Below, piece by piece: positions 1 to 12,733 of a DNA stretch of 64,000 nucleotides. The position numbers were made by a program, and so were the translations under genes. The stretch is from contig MU619384.1 in NCBI GenBank assembly GCA_025201805.1, forward strand, positions 13,458-77,457, read 5' to 3'. The stretch's first letter is position 1. Each line of letters opens with the position of its first letter. A model generated the notes under the pieces. It worked only from the letters and a program-made list of their open reading frames with translations. It had not been told where the DNA came from and made no database searches. This DNA comes from Parasitella parasitica NRRL 2501. Taxonomy: Eukaryota > Fungi > Mucoromycota.

Positions 1-1722
1 AAATATGGGTGGGCTTGGTACAGGTGGTGAAAATGGCTTTACGTCTTTGCTGTGCAGCACTTCCACTCTCCATGAATCTTGCTGATTGATCTTTTCGTAA
101 TATACAATGATGAATACATGCAAAAATTGTGATCGGATGCTGCTAGGATTGAACGTCTGCGTTTTTTTGCCTTCCATGAATACAATACAAACAATATCTA
201 CAAGTACACTAAACGAATAAATCAAGCTTGCCTCGCATCTTTACAAAAGAATCATACACTACCATTGCCAATGTATCTCTTGCGGTGGACCTGCTGTGTG
301 TCATGTTTTCGCAGAGGCATCAGTGCAGCAACATGATACATAATTTCGTGGTCTCTCCAACAAGACGCATACGAGATATCGCCCGACTCACCGGCTACAT
401 ATGAACGGGTGAGTATCTGATAAAAAAAAAGTCTGGCGTAAAATGCTGTACACATACTCTTGGTATCCAGACCAGCAGCAAATCCTTTGTAGTCCTTTAA
501 TTTGACAGGTTTGCCTAGGACATTCAAGAACTTCTCAAATCCCGTCGAAATTCCTGTATTCGCAAACCATTCTTCCTCAGTTTGCTGCCCCTCGCTTACC
601 GTCAATACTCCAAATTTGTATGATTTTGGTACCTTGATCAGCATTATTAATTTGCGCGCACTTTTTTTCTTGTTTGTTCTTGGCTTACCCCTATTTCATC
701 ATATCTTAAAAATTCCTTTTCCAATCCTGCCATGATAGTAACTTGGGCGGAAATCTCTTTAAACAACCTAAAGTTGAGTTCTTGAAAGAGGAACAATAAC
801 GCTGCTCGCATCAGTTTTGTCGCTGTTGGCAGTACTGTGATCTGCGGGTTGTTGTTTTGCAGGAACGGCTGGTTTGTCATTCCCGTGATGATTGCTGATG
901 AAAAACTTCGTTTTGGTCGATTTCGTCTTGTTTGTGGCTCAGGTTCTAAATCTAATTTGTGTAATTGGCCTAATGAATCTAGTTGCAGCATCAATTCGTT
1001 GGCGTCGAGTTCTTTTACAATGAATCCCATATTCAAGTCCTGAAATATATGAAAACCCATCAACAAAGAAAAAGAGAAAAAAAAATCGATCCTTTTTGTA
1101 TATATACCTGCTTTGTTCGAACTATGATTCTGTATTGTGAATATGGCTTCATCACTTCTTTTACTATCGATATCATGGCTAAATCAGTTTCCTCTTCCGT
1201 CATAGGTCCAATTAGCGTAATATAAGGCTTCCCAACAAAGTAATTTCGAAACCAGTATGATTTTTCATCTATTTGATCCGGCCAAATAGTGCTGTAATCG
1301 ACAGGCTGCTCGAACAGTATTCGTCCTGGCTCTCGACAGAAATTGTTTTTGCCAACAGTTGAAAGATGCTCATTTTGAAATGATACTTGACAACAAATTT
1401 CCTTGATGTTGAGTATCTAAAAAAAAAAAAAAAAAATGTACGCCTGTGAGTGGCATTTCTGTATATTACGATAGATACTTGCCAGCGTCTTGATCATTGC
1501 TTGGTTCTGTTTGAACTTGGCATACTTCTCCAGCTTATTCAGTAGTTTGCATTTGTCTCGTTGTGAAATATCAAGTGCACGAATCAACAATTTGGTACTT
1601 TCTAATGTGGTTTGTACAATATCTTTTATGTCAAAGTTTCCTTTTTCGATATAACATAGAATAGTCTGGCATTGATCTAAAATCCACTGTTTACACTCGC
1701 TTGTTGTTGGTAAGTTGTTCAT
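1..1722 (-). CDS. Rap/Ran GTPase-activating protein (RapGAP domain), multi-exon, 3' end beyond window start
   Basis: Exons encode YKFGVLTVSEGQQTEEEWFAN, KGFAAGLDTK, EIMYHVAALMP and QQVHRKRYIGN. A GT-AG intron joins the last to DIVCIVF, giving the Asn-thumb 'IGND' motif. Start ATG inferred at 1722 (MNNLPTT). Confidence 0.85.
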
Positions 1723-2014
1723 ATCATATATATACNNNNNNNNNNAAAAAAAAAAAAAAAGAAAAGAAAAGGGGGCGTAAAAGGAGAAGTGTATATATAA
1801 ATATACAAACCTATAAACTATCGAAATATCATTGTGTAGATACAGACTACTGGTACTAGTGCACAAACTGCTCATGTGTGTCTATGTGACCGTAGCAAGG
1901 CTTGGCTGTCTATACACACAAATAGGAGCCTACGCCATCATAATATTACAATAATGGTGCGAAAGGATGATGGATGCATTTTATTTACGACTATTGTAAT
2001 AAATTAAATCTTTC

Positions 2015-5000
2015 TTACAACGCACTGTTGTACAAATCTTTCAAAATTTCATTCTTCTTCAATATAACGCTAGTAGGCAGAAACGATTTAGGAGATTTTG
2101 TGTCTCTGGGTTGAGCTGCTGAGGGTATTGTGTTTTCGTTTTGCTGTAGTTGGTTGTGCAGCAAATCAGCATTCGCTGGTAGTTTACACACCTATACGAT
2201 CATGTCAGTATACTGCATACATAGTCTCAGGACACATGCCGGATACTTTACCCATCCTTTCTTTTCGAATGATTCAATCAATCGACCATAGAGCGCAGAT
2301 GCCTTCAAGGTGGATGCAGATCCAAAAAGCATCAGCTTGCTTTTTGCACGAGTTACAGCAACGTTTAATCGGCGCCAATCTCTCAACAGATCACCTGCAT
2401 TGCCTTGATTGTTGCTGCGAACCAGCGATATCAGAATGCAGTCTTTGTCTCTGCCTTGGTACTTGTCAATGGTGGCAATCTCAATGTTTTGTCTCGACTT
2501 CAGCAGCTGTGAGATGATCCGGAGCTGCGATCTGTACACAGAAACCACTGCCAAGTCTTCTTCAGCTATGCCGCTTTGTACCAGCGTTTCAGTCACTTGA
2601 AATACTAGCTGTGCCTCTCCTTCATTCTGCAAAAAACTGCCGAGCGGTCGACTTTCTTTGCAGGTTAATTCGTCAGTGTTAACAAATACAACGCTCCGAG
2701 CTGGATCCAGCACTGATTTCAGCCAGCAATGGCTGTCTTCTGCGAAGCTGCATTTGCTGAATGCATGCATTGACCTCAGTCCAACATCCAACTGGGGTAT
2801 ATTCAGACATCTTGATGCTACCTGATGGTTGCCGCACTTTAGTTTGCCGTCATAGATCAGCGAGTTGGATACCTGCATGATTTCTCTGTTCATGCGGTAT
2901 TGGTGCTCCAGGTAGCTGATGGATTCAGGCCTTGCTTTCGCCAAGATTGCAAATAGGGATTTATCCAATCCTCCTTCAGTTGCCTCTTTGTTACGAACAA
3001 TGGGTGGCAACTGATACACATCTCCTACGAGGACAAATTTTTTGGCATATCGAAGGGGTCCAATGCATGTCGGCAGTGTGATCTGTGATGCTTCATCTAT
3101 TATGCAATAATCAAACTCTCGTTTTTGTAACAAGACGCTAGAAAGAAGATACAACGTGTGTTTAATACAGAGCTCTTTTCTTCTTCTTTTTTTTTTTTCA
3201 AGCAATCGGTGCAACTTACTGTCCTATGCCGAGGCAAGTAACACCCACCACCTTTTTAGAATCATAAAATTTCTTCATTTCATCCACTGTCGCAATTGTT
3301 CTGTTATTGGATGGCACACAGTCCTGCATGGCCGGCATCACTTTGTCAAGGTTGCCCAGCCTCAGGACATCAACGCCATGTTCCCGCACCTTGATCAGCA
3401 CATTGTCCAGAGCAGTGTGTGTGTAAGCAGCCACCAGCACAGTCTTGTTCTGTCCCACCAAATAATGAATGATCTCTGCTGTGGTGGTTGTCTTGCCAGT
3501 GCCCGGCATACCCAAAATCAGACTATAATCCTCTGCCTGTATCACTCGCTTCAGCGCCTTTCGCTGGTCTGGGTTCATGTTGGGTGTAGGCGGTATATGA
3601 GGCACTGCTGTCTGATAATCTGGCTTCTTTAAATCAATAATAAGCTCGCGTAACCTTGCTGTCCTGGAGCCAGCCGACTTTGCTGTCAACATGACAAGGT
3701 TATTACGCAGCATGCCCATGCCAGTCGACATTTCATCCTTGTCGATACGGTATTGCATGTCCAGGAGCGAGTAGTAGCCTTTGGCGTCATTTTTGAGATG
3801 AATAAACGAGTTGAATGTCTGGTTGTTGAGAGGATCAAAGGTCGCATCTGCAGGCTGTGGTGGATTCCGCAGCGGTTCATTGAGGCTGAGCACGATCTCG
3901 GTTGACGATAGGAGGCTAACAAACCCCATAGCCAAATTAATATGGCCTTGCATGCTAGATACAACAATAGGATCACCTACCGACATGTTGCAGAGCAAAG
4001 GGCGGCTAATTTGGTTTTCAGCGCGCACAAAGCAGTATTTCCACAGTGAACTTTCAGGGTCAACGTTGCTATCAGATATATTCAGCTTCATGTTGGCGAG
4101 ACATCTACCCGACATTTCACGGATTTCCGCAGGTTGGCTCCAGATATCCTTGCGGATATAGTCAATGTCAGTTTCCTCTTGATCCAACAGTTCCCACCAA
4201 TGCTTGAAAAAGCTGCTGGTAGACTCTGTCAAATGGTCGGTCTTGTCATCAAACAGCTTATAGAGCCCACTTGTTGCTCCATTTCCGCTTTCCACAGCTT
4301 TATGATATATCGTACAAGCATCATTTATGTAGCAATACTGGCAACTGTGGCTGTTCTTGATCATCGGAGGCAAGTTGGTGCTATTGCAAGCAATCGCCAA
4401 GTAGTTTCGTGCCATGATTAAAGTGCGCAAGTCGTTTCTAGACGATGGAACGAGATATAAACTGTTGACCTTGGAATAGTACAGAATACCCGCGCCAATG
4501 TCAACATCTATAGCCATGTTTTATGTATATGTATGTATATATATATATAAGTATTTCGTGCTGCAGCGAATAGCCATCACATCTTACCATATCGATCACT
4601 CATCAGAAGAGTGTATAGTAGTGTCTGTGCTCGATTTGTGATGAATTTAGACGCTTTACCAGTCTTTAGTTCAAAAGGTACAGTCAGCACTCTGTTGGTT
4701 GGGCTTAATTTTAGCTGGACAGAAGCATCTACCATGCCCTTTAGGCCAAAAGTTGGGCTCCACAAATGCTCCTCAATATCCAGTACTTTGCAGATAGACA
4801 CAGATGTACACCCCATTTCAGTTTCTGGATTTGCGCCCATGTTTTTGCTGACTCGCGCTTCTGGCCGTGGATATTCATTCACAAACTTGGTGCCAAATTC
4901 ATGAATATGGCCTACGTATTCCATCAATATGTTTATGGCTGTCTCCTCATCCTGATCCATGGCATACAGCTCTTCTAGCGAATTCGTCACAACATGGTTT

Positions 5001-6114
5001 ATCTGTTTCTTGATGTTCTTGAATGAAAAATCATTCGTTTGTAGCGTGTTCTGTAGCACTGTGTGGATAATATTCCCGTGTACCAGTGCCTCTGTGTATT
5101 CACTGACGCCTCGAACTTTTAGCTGTAAAAACGACTTGCGGAGGCACGAATAACTATCGGCCACAGCAGTGCAAGAAATTAGTCGATCTGGGTGAACCAC
5201 AATAAAATTCTTCTGGTTATCAATGATAATTTCTTTGACGCTTGTTGTATAGGGTATATGTACTACATCGCCAACTACAACTCTAGTCTGCTCCCATTCT
5301 TGTCGTAATCTGGCGGTAATGGCTTGATTTTCGTCCTCTTGGATTAACACCAGGACCTTTTTTCTGAATGTTGGTATATGTATATTTTTTTTTACTAGCT
5401 CATTGTGTATTTCCTGGTGAAAAATCATACCTTCTCATTGAATTTATCGTCGTTCATTGTGTAAGTCTGTTTCGTCATGCTAGCCACAAGATATCGAATG
5501 AATTTTCGCCGCTTTTCCTGTGTGTGTGTGTGTGTGTGTGTGTTAAGGTTTGATTACATTTCCATTTACAAACAGGATATTATTTTCTTACCCTTGGAGG
5601 GACAGAACAAACAGACTCAATTGTTAGTTGCGAAGGACATGCCTCTTCTGCTTTGATCAAATCATTCAGTTCATCCATGTCCAAATCATCAAACATATCG
5701 CTATTCATTGTCGTTTCTGCTTTTTTGTTTGCCATGACAATGGCAGATAGGTCTAATTCATCCAAGGCAATGTCATCTCCAAACATATCATCGTCATCGT
5801 CATCGCTATCGTTACTTTGTTTGCTAACTGAAACTAGAGTTGATCCAGGCATATGATCTAATAACCAATTGCTTCTTGTTAATATGCTATCGAAGGCTCC
5901 AAAGTTTTTCTCTACCAATTTTCTGCCGTTTCTGCACACTAACCGAGAGTACACTACTGTTTGGTGTTATTAACTTGGATTTGTTCATTTTATGATTAGC
6001 GTGCAATGAAAAAGAAGCTGTATTATCTGTTTCCCTGGAAAGAATTTTGTAAACATCCGCGCGCATACTTTTTGTTACGCGAATAGCGTGCTTCAATTTT
6101 TCAAGTCTCATCAT
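2015..6114 (-). CDS. DNA2: DNA replication ATP-dependent helicase/nuclease Dna2 (multi-exon)
   Basis: Nuclease motifs EEHLWSPTFGLKGMVDAS and PFELKTG. Fe-S cysteines SCLRK and CQYCYINDAC. SF1 helicase motifs GMPGTGKTT, IIDEASQ, LVGDVYQLPP, QYRMN, TIDKYQGRDKD and RRLNVAVTRAK. Last exon ends ...DLYNSAL* at 2015. The start codon is uncertain. Confidence 0.95.
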
Positions 6115-6206
6115 TATAACTGGAATTAGCTTTTAAAGGTATTCATATTTTATTTACATAAACATCGACTAGTTTTTATAATACTGAGATAGTCTCTTTT
6201 TCCTAT

Positions 6207-6782
6207 TTAAACAAATCTACAAATACCAGTTAATTGATTCAATAGATACCCAATTTCACAAAATCTTTACCTAAAGTTATCACTCTGAACATAATAATTG
6301 CCAGCTTGTTTTTCATCCGGCATCAATATAAATGTTTGTGAAAATGTACGTTTGGATGGATTATCACCGTATTTGACTGTACCGGTAGTATTGATGAGAA
6401 TACCGCAGGACCCTTGAGCATTGACGGTTGCTGGAAGTGGGTGACAATCATAAACATCAATTTCATGATGAGACATGGGCAGTCTTCCCAAAAATTCAGA
6501 ATACTGTTGTGCTCCAGAAAAGGCGTTACCTAGCAACAACAACAACCATATTAATACTTCATTGCTATATCCCTATAGTAACCAGTCAACCGACTTACCG
6601 TTCCATAAGATAGCTGAATTATCACGGTATAAAGATCCAAGATTCTAAAGACATTTAAATATTTGTTTTGTTAGATTTTTTGTTGTCGAAAGCCTTACTT
6701 GTCGTTGTGTATCGTAATTAGGATAGAAAAATTGAATGAATTGTTCGGTGCTCTTTTCTGCAACTCCAACTATTACATCCAT
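6207..6782 (-). CDS. NXT1: NTF2-related export protein Nxt1/p15 (4 exons)
   Basis: Spliced product runs MDVIVGVAEKSTEQFIQFFYPNYDTQR...SAILWNGNAFSG...LPMSHHEIDVYDCHP...TGTVKYG...FSQTFILMP...YYVQSDNFRFV*. This is typical of the NTF2-fold Nxt1. Confidence 0.85.
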
Positions 6783-7806
6783 ATTGATTGTGTTGATTGA
6801 GGTGAATGAAAAGAAGAAAAAAAAAAGTGTTTTGTTACAAACGAAAATGGAAAAGCCACCTTTTTATCTGGAGGAGGTTCTTGATATAGCTGCGCTACTA
6901 AAAATCATGCAGCACTGTCAATTAGCGTACATATCATCACTCCAGTTCCTGTGGTATCTTCTTTCGTCATGTTACATTCCTGCAATCGAGTAAATCAAAC
7001 TTGATTCGAATGGATTATGTTCCTTCTTTACTGAAATTCACAATTGTGTACCAGTGGCATAGTGGCCATCATGCTAATGAAGCAAAGGTTCATCGATTAG
7101 AAGATTATTATCACTATACAAGGTGTAAACAAACAGCAACTATGCCTATGTCTTGTCAGCGCAAAGCCCTGATAGTATGAGCTTGTTGTTTTAAATTTGG
7201 TATTTTCTCCTCATAAAGGCTGGATAAAATAATATATTCCGAGTGATTTAATTACATAATTTCATCTTTTGGCCGATTCAAAGTGGTCAGATCCACACCA
7301 AATGGTTTCCCAGAGGTCGTACCTAATACTATTCACTTCCAATGTAACTTTTTTTTTCAGCTAAATATAACAAAAAGACATTGTCTTTAATTTCTTGGCT
7401 GACCATACACCATATACATTTCATACATCATTGGTAAACGTCTTTGTCTACCACAAAGTGTATAAGCTTCAAAAATAGAATTACGCCAACATGTGGAATC
7501 ACTTGAATATTTATGGTTACACATGTATTTTGCACTTGAAGACAACAATAATTTACTTTTTTTATTGTAAACTTGCAGGAATTCGAGTGATTTATCATTG
7601 TAATTTGCTATAATTGTCTGTAAATATCGAGAATATTCAAAAATGGACAAGGATGCCGATTGATTTGCTTTGTTTCATGAGGTTTCGAACGATGGATTGC
7701 AATGATTTAAACAGTCCAGGAAAAAAAGGCAGCAGTATCTCAAGTTTGAAACTCCAAGAGCACAAGGTTCATCCATCTCGTTTATTTTTTTTTGTTTTTT
7801 CGTTAT

Positions 7807-7808
<2 letters not shown>

Positions 7809-7868
<60 letters not shown>
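7809..7868. repeat. Poly-T tract (~60 nt)
   Basis: Homopolymer directly visible upstream of TBL1. Confidence 0.9.
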
Positions 7869-7873
<5 letters not shown>

Positions 7874-7892
7874 CTAAAATTATTACGCGAAA

Positions 7893-9974
7893 ATGGTTCT
7901 TACAAGTGAAGAAATAAACATTATTGTTTATAAATATCTGCAAGAGTCTGGTAAAATTTAATTTTAAAATTGCCATTTTTATTATATTATCAACATTTAA
8001 CACACATGTTACTTTAGGTTTTCGGCACACCTCGTTTGCTTTTCAATATGAAAGTCAAGTGGAAAAGTCCACTTATCGTGACGCCCAAATACAGCCAGGT
8101 GCACTGATAAACATCATTCACAAGGGCCTTCAGTTTATGGAGATAGAAGCTCATATGAATGAGGTTCGTCCACAGTCAGACATCGGGAGAGTGTTGTATT
8201 TACAGCCTTTGAAAATAGGAAGGTGAATTGGTTGAATGTAATGTCCCGTTTTCCCTTTTAGAGCCTCATACATGCCACATCAGTTCAGACCATGTTGAAA
8301 ACGAATCTTTATTATCGTCATCTAGTAAATCACAATCAGCGGCAACAGCAGTGAGTGCTGCGTTATCGTCGTCAACTGCATCAACCGTTACGTCAGGAAA
8401 AAGAAAGAGTAAAGAAGAAAAGAGGCAGCAAAAAGATAGGGAAAAGAGAGCAAAAAAAGAAATAATCATGGAAGACGAAGAGATGCCAGCAAACAATCGC
8501 GTTAAAGAGGAATCGAAGATTGATAATTCACTAGTTGAGAAAAAGAGCAACGGCACCTCCTCGACATCTTTAGCAGCAGCATCTGTAGCAGTATCGAGAG
8601 ACATGGACGAGGAAATGAGCGAAACACAACCTAGCAGCACAGAGATAAGACCTGAAGACGTTGTCATTCTTCAAGGTCATCAAAGCGAAGTCTTTTCTTG
8701 CGCTTGGAATCCTGTCATTTCTTCGCTCCTCGCATCAGGGTAAAATTTAGTTCTAATTGACGGTATTGTGTGGTTTTTCTTTTGTGCATATACTAATAAG
8801 TCAATGACTAGTTCTGGAGATGCTACAGCCAGATTATGGGAAGTTCCAGAAGGAAAAGATAGAACAGCCGAACCTATCGTATTGAATCATCTACCCAACA
8901 TGAACGACAACAAAGATGTTACAACACTAGATTGGAATGTGAGTTTTTTCTTACGTGATATCTGCCATTTCATCCGGTAAACTAATGCGTCTGTGTGAAT
9001 AGCCTTCGGGAAGTTTATTAGTAACGGGCTCATACGATGGTCAAGCACGTATTTGGACACAAAAAGGTCAATTGCGCTTCGTAATGGCACACCATAGAGG
9101 ACCTATTTTCTCGTTGAAATGGAACATGAAAGGAGATCTCATTTTAAGTGGCAGTGCAGATACAACAACTATTATTTGGGATCCTGAAACTGGCGAGATG
9201 AAGCAACAATTCGAACTTCACAGTTGTAAGGCAGAGAATGCGTCGTATATTTTTTTTTTCTTTTTGTTTTAATCACTTGTTTTTTTTTTCCTTTCGTAGT
9301 GGCAATCCTTGACGTTGATTGGATGGACAATACAACATTTGCATCTTGTTCTTCAGATAAGACTATATACGTTTGTCGAGTTGGATCAGCAAAACCTCTA
9401 AAAAAGTGGGTTGGTCATGAAGATGAAGTCAACGCAGTTCGTTGGGACCCTACAGGGCAATATCTCGCCTCGTGTTCTGACGATATGACTACCAAAATTT
9501 GGAGTATGGCATCAGACGAACCCATTCAAGTGATTAGAGGGCATAGTCTTCAAATTTATACACTGCAATGGGCACCATATACACAGAAAGACATATCGAG
9601 TAGTTCACCGAGGATATTAGCGACCGCTAGTTTCGATGCTACAGTTCGCATCTGGGATGCACTTAACGGAACTTGTTTACATGTACTCAAAAACCACAAC
9701 GAGGCAGTCTATTCCATCTCATTTAGCCCTGATGCTCGTCTGTTGGCGTCTGGTAGTTTCGATGAGGTTTTAAATGTGTGGGATGCCAAGGTAATAGGGC
9801 TTCTGTGGTAAGCTTTTATGATTGACTAATTTATATCTATAGGATGGAGAGCTAAAAAAGACATTTAAAGCAAATGGCGGCATATTTGAAGTGCATTTCA
9901 ATAAGACTGGCGACAAGCTGGCAGCATGTACTTCAAATAAGCAAGTTGTCATACTGAGTCATATGAAAAACTAA
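7893..9974 (+). CDS. TBL1: LisH + WD40 protein, TBL1/Ebi/Sif2 family (Set3C/NCoR subunit), multi-exon
   Basis: N-terminal LisH reads [28 protein letters not shown]...[22 protein letters not shown]40 repeats include [45 protein letters not shown] and [13 protein letters not shown]. Confidence 0.9.
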
Positions 9975-10297
9975 CTTTTTTTTTTTTTTCCCTTATTTCT
10001 TTCTAATACACATATACTTTTTTAATGTAATTAAGCTTCAATGGTATCCTAGCAAAGCGAGTGCCAGATACCATTTTTCCTTTTTCCGTTTTATTTTTTT
10101 TCTCTCTGTAATTTTCGCAACGGCGTGCAGCAGCCTTACTGATTTGCGCAAGATTGTCTGATCCTATGCAGTTTTTCCCAGCTAAAATCAAGTGATTTGG
10201 CTGATTGGACGATTTAAGCATTAAATAACATGTATTTTTTTATTTTTATTTTTTTCACTCTTTGTTTTCCTTTTATCAGTACATATACGTATCCAAG

Positions 10298-10594
10298 ATG
10301 AGTTGTGGCTATTGTCATTTACCACTTCGCAAGTTCTATTGTGCTGATTGTATGCACGACAAGTAAGTTATTGAATACAGGCATCACCATCCTCATTCAC
10401 ACTATTTGAATAGAAAAGAAAAAAACTTACAAGAACTAGATACAATCGTGCCTGAAAGAGATAATGCGGTAGCAGCCGCGGAAGATTATTACGAAAAGAC
10501 AAGTTACATTCAGCAATTAATAGCAGAGAAGAATAAAAGAGCGAACAATGTGGAAACGCTACGCTCAAACCACACAAGCGTGTTGAACGATTGT

Positions 10595-10670
<76 letters not shown>

Positions 10671-11685
10671 GAAAAGCAACTGATCAAAGAACGGCAGAGC
10701 CAGATTAAAGAGAAGCGATCATTACTTCAAGATGCCATCAAAAGAAAATCCCAGGCACCAAAGACATTGGATAACTCGACTGTGCTAAAAAATTGGCAAA
10801 GAACGCATAAGATGACAATTGGAACTCGACGCATCTTGGTTAAAGAGGCTACTTCATTGTTTGAATTGAAGCCTGGCGTAGTAGAAGAGCCAGAGATATC
10901 AGGGCTTGCTGCTTCTAATGCAGCCTCCATTGCTGCTGTCAATAGCTTGTTGAATCAATCAATTGAATTACCTCCATTCAGCCCGTCCACTTCAGGTTTG
11001 CCAACAGAAACCAAGGAGGATCTGTATATATGTGGTGTTACGTTACCGACAAGATTGATCGATGTATCAAGTATGCAGATCGAGGCAATATTTATTGGAA
11101 AAAGTGCAGATTAACAAACTTTTTTGTTTTGTTTTGTTTAGAGTACCCTAAAGAAGAGCTTAATGCGCCTGTTGGTTTAGTTGTTCATATGCTTGGTTTA
11201 ATTGTCCGCTATTTAGGGATCAAATTACCCTTCTTGATCATGCAGAAAGGTACAAGGCCATATATTCGCACTATTAAAGGTAGCATCCAGCTATGGCATA
11301 GTGACAGGTAATGACAACCACAAAATCCCTTCCCTCCCCCCTTCCCCCTCCCACCACCACCACTACCACACACAAAAAAAAAAGCTTTATACATACATGT
11401 CCTTTCCCTTATATTCTGTTGTGAAAAGGTTGCATCTGCCAATCAATTATAACGATATTAATGAATTTGATGTTTTCAGGAAAATGCCGCTATTTCTCGA
11501 AGATGACGATAAAAATTTCAAGAAATTCGTCAACGGTATGGCAATGTTAAACTACAATCTTGCTTACCTATGTTATACCCAAAATGTCAAGATACCTGTT
11601 AGCCAAACAGCCAATACACTTCAAAGCTTGATGGCTTGCTGTCAAGCATCTGATCTGGGAACGTAAGCTTACAACATTTTGAGGA

Positions 11686-11769
<84 letters not shown>

Positions 11770-12110
11770 AAGACTTTTAACCCATTGGAATTGTACATTT
11801 ATAGTCAATCCCACGCATTATATCACCACAACCTGCGAGATGTCAACTTTCCGATTGCGTTTCAGCATGTTTTGGAGGCAACAAAACTGAGATATCGATG
11901 CAGCAGCAACAACATTAGTACTAGTACCAACAGCAATACATACGAGAGTCGAGTTACATCCAATAACGAATTACACGATGATTTCTTCAAGGTTCGCTCT
12001 TTCAATAGTAGTAGGAGGGATGATCGTGATCAAGATGAATATGCTGGTATTTATATTGATAGCGATGATGATGACAGTAATAGTCAACTTATATCACAAC
12101 GGCAGTATTA

Positions 12111-12146
<36 letters not shown>

Positions 12147-12228
12147 ATTACAGCAAAACCAACAACAACAGCAGCAACCGTCTCAGAATGAAACTTGGAG
12201 CCTAGTAGAAGTTGCTCCATTTCTTTAG
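10298..12228 (+). CDS. ATG14/UVRAG(Vps38)-like PI3K complex subunit, multi-exon
   Basis: N-terminal CxxC...CxxC (MSCGYCHLPLRKFYCADC) is followed by a coiled coil, then 'YICGVTLP...EELNAPVGLVVHMLGLIVRYLGIKLPF' and 'FVNGMAMLNYNLAYLCYTQ', typical of the Atg14/UVRAG domain. Poly-Q tail. Confidence 0.75.
10598..10668. repeat. Poly-A tract (~71 nt) within an ATG14-like intron
   Basis: Homopolymer directly visible. Confidence 0.9.
11687..11767. repeat. Poly-A tract (~81 nt) within an intron
   Basis: Homopolymer directly visible. Confidence 0.9.
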
Positions 12229-12733
12229 ATTAAAATCTACTTTTACAATAGTAATTTATCAAATATTTGATTGATCAGTGTAAACGCTCATGTTAAATAA
12301 ATGGAATTCCACAAGTGAGTGCAAAGCATATCACAAGTAGGTGTTTCTGATAGACTGAGGATTTACATAGTTTATCGAAATTTGCGATAATGCAAACACT
12401 TTATGTCTTGTATTTGACACTCACAAGAACAAATAAGCCCGTTTAAAGATCCATTTTAAATAAAAGTGTAAAATACAGCGATTCATGTTTAGTAGCCTTC
12501 TTCACCCAGCGCTTGGCTTACACAGAGACAAAATGACATGGCATTCAATCGATCATGATGAAACATTTGGATGATAGTTTTAGTGAATAGTGTAGTTTAC
12601 CAACAACTGCAGCAACGAATTGATGTGAAATAAGTCTGCATGTTATGATTTATGCCAACATGTAACCGAGGATGATATATGTTCTATTTTATTACAAATT
12701 GAAACAGACAAGAGGTTACCCAGGGAGTGGTGA

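Noticed and set aside
7614-8030. Poly-F and poly-K ORFs (also at 10368, 11568 and 21799)
   Set aside because: Translations of homopolymer tracts, not genes.
12555-12650. ATGATGA C-box-like motif suggesting a C/D snoRNA
   Set aside because: No properly placed CTGA D-box or terminal stem.
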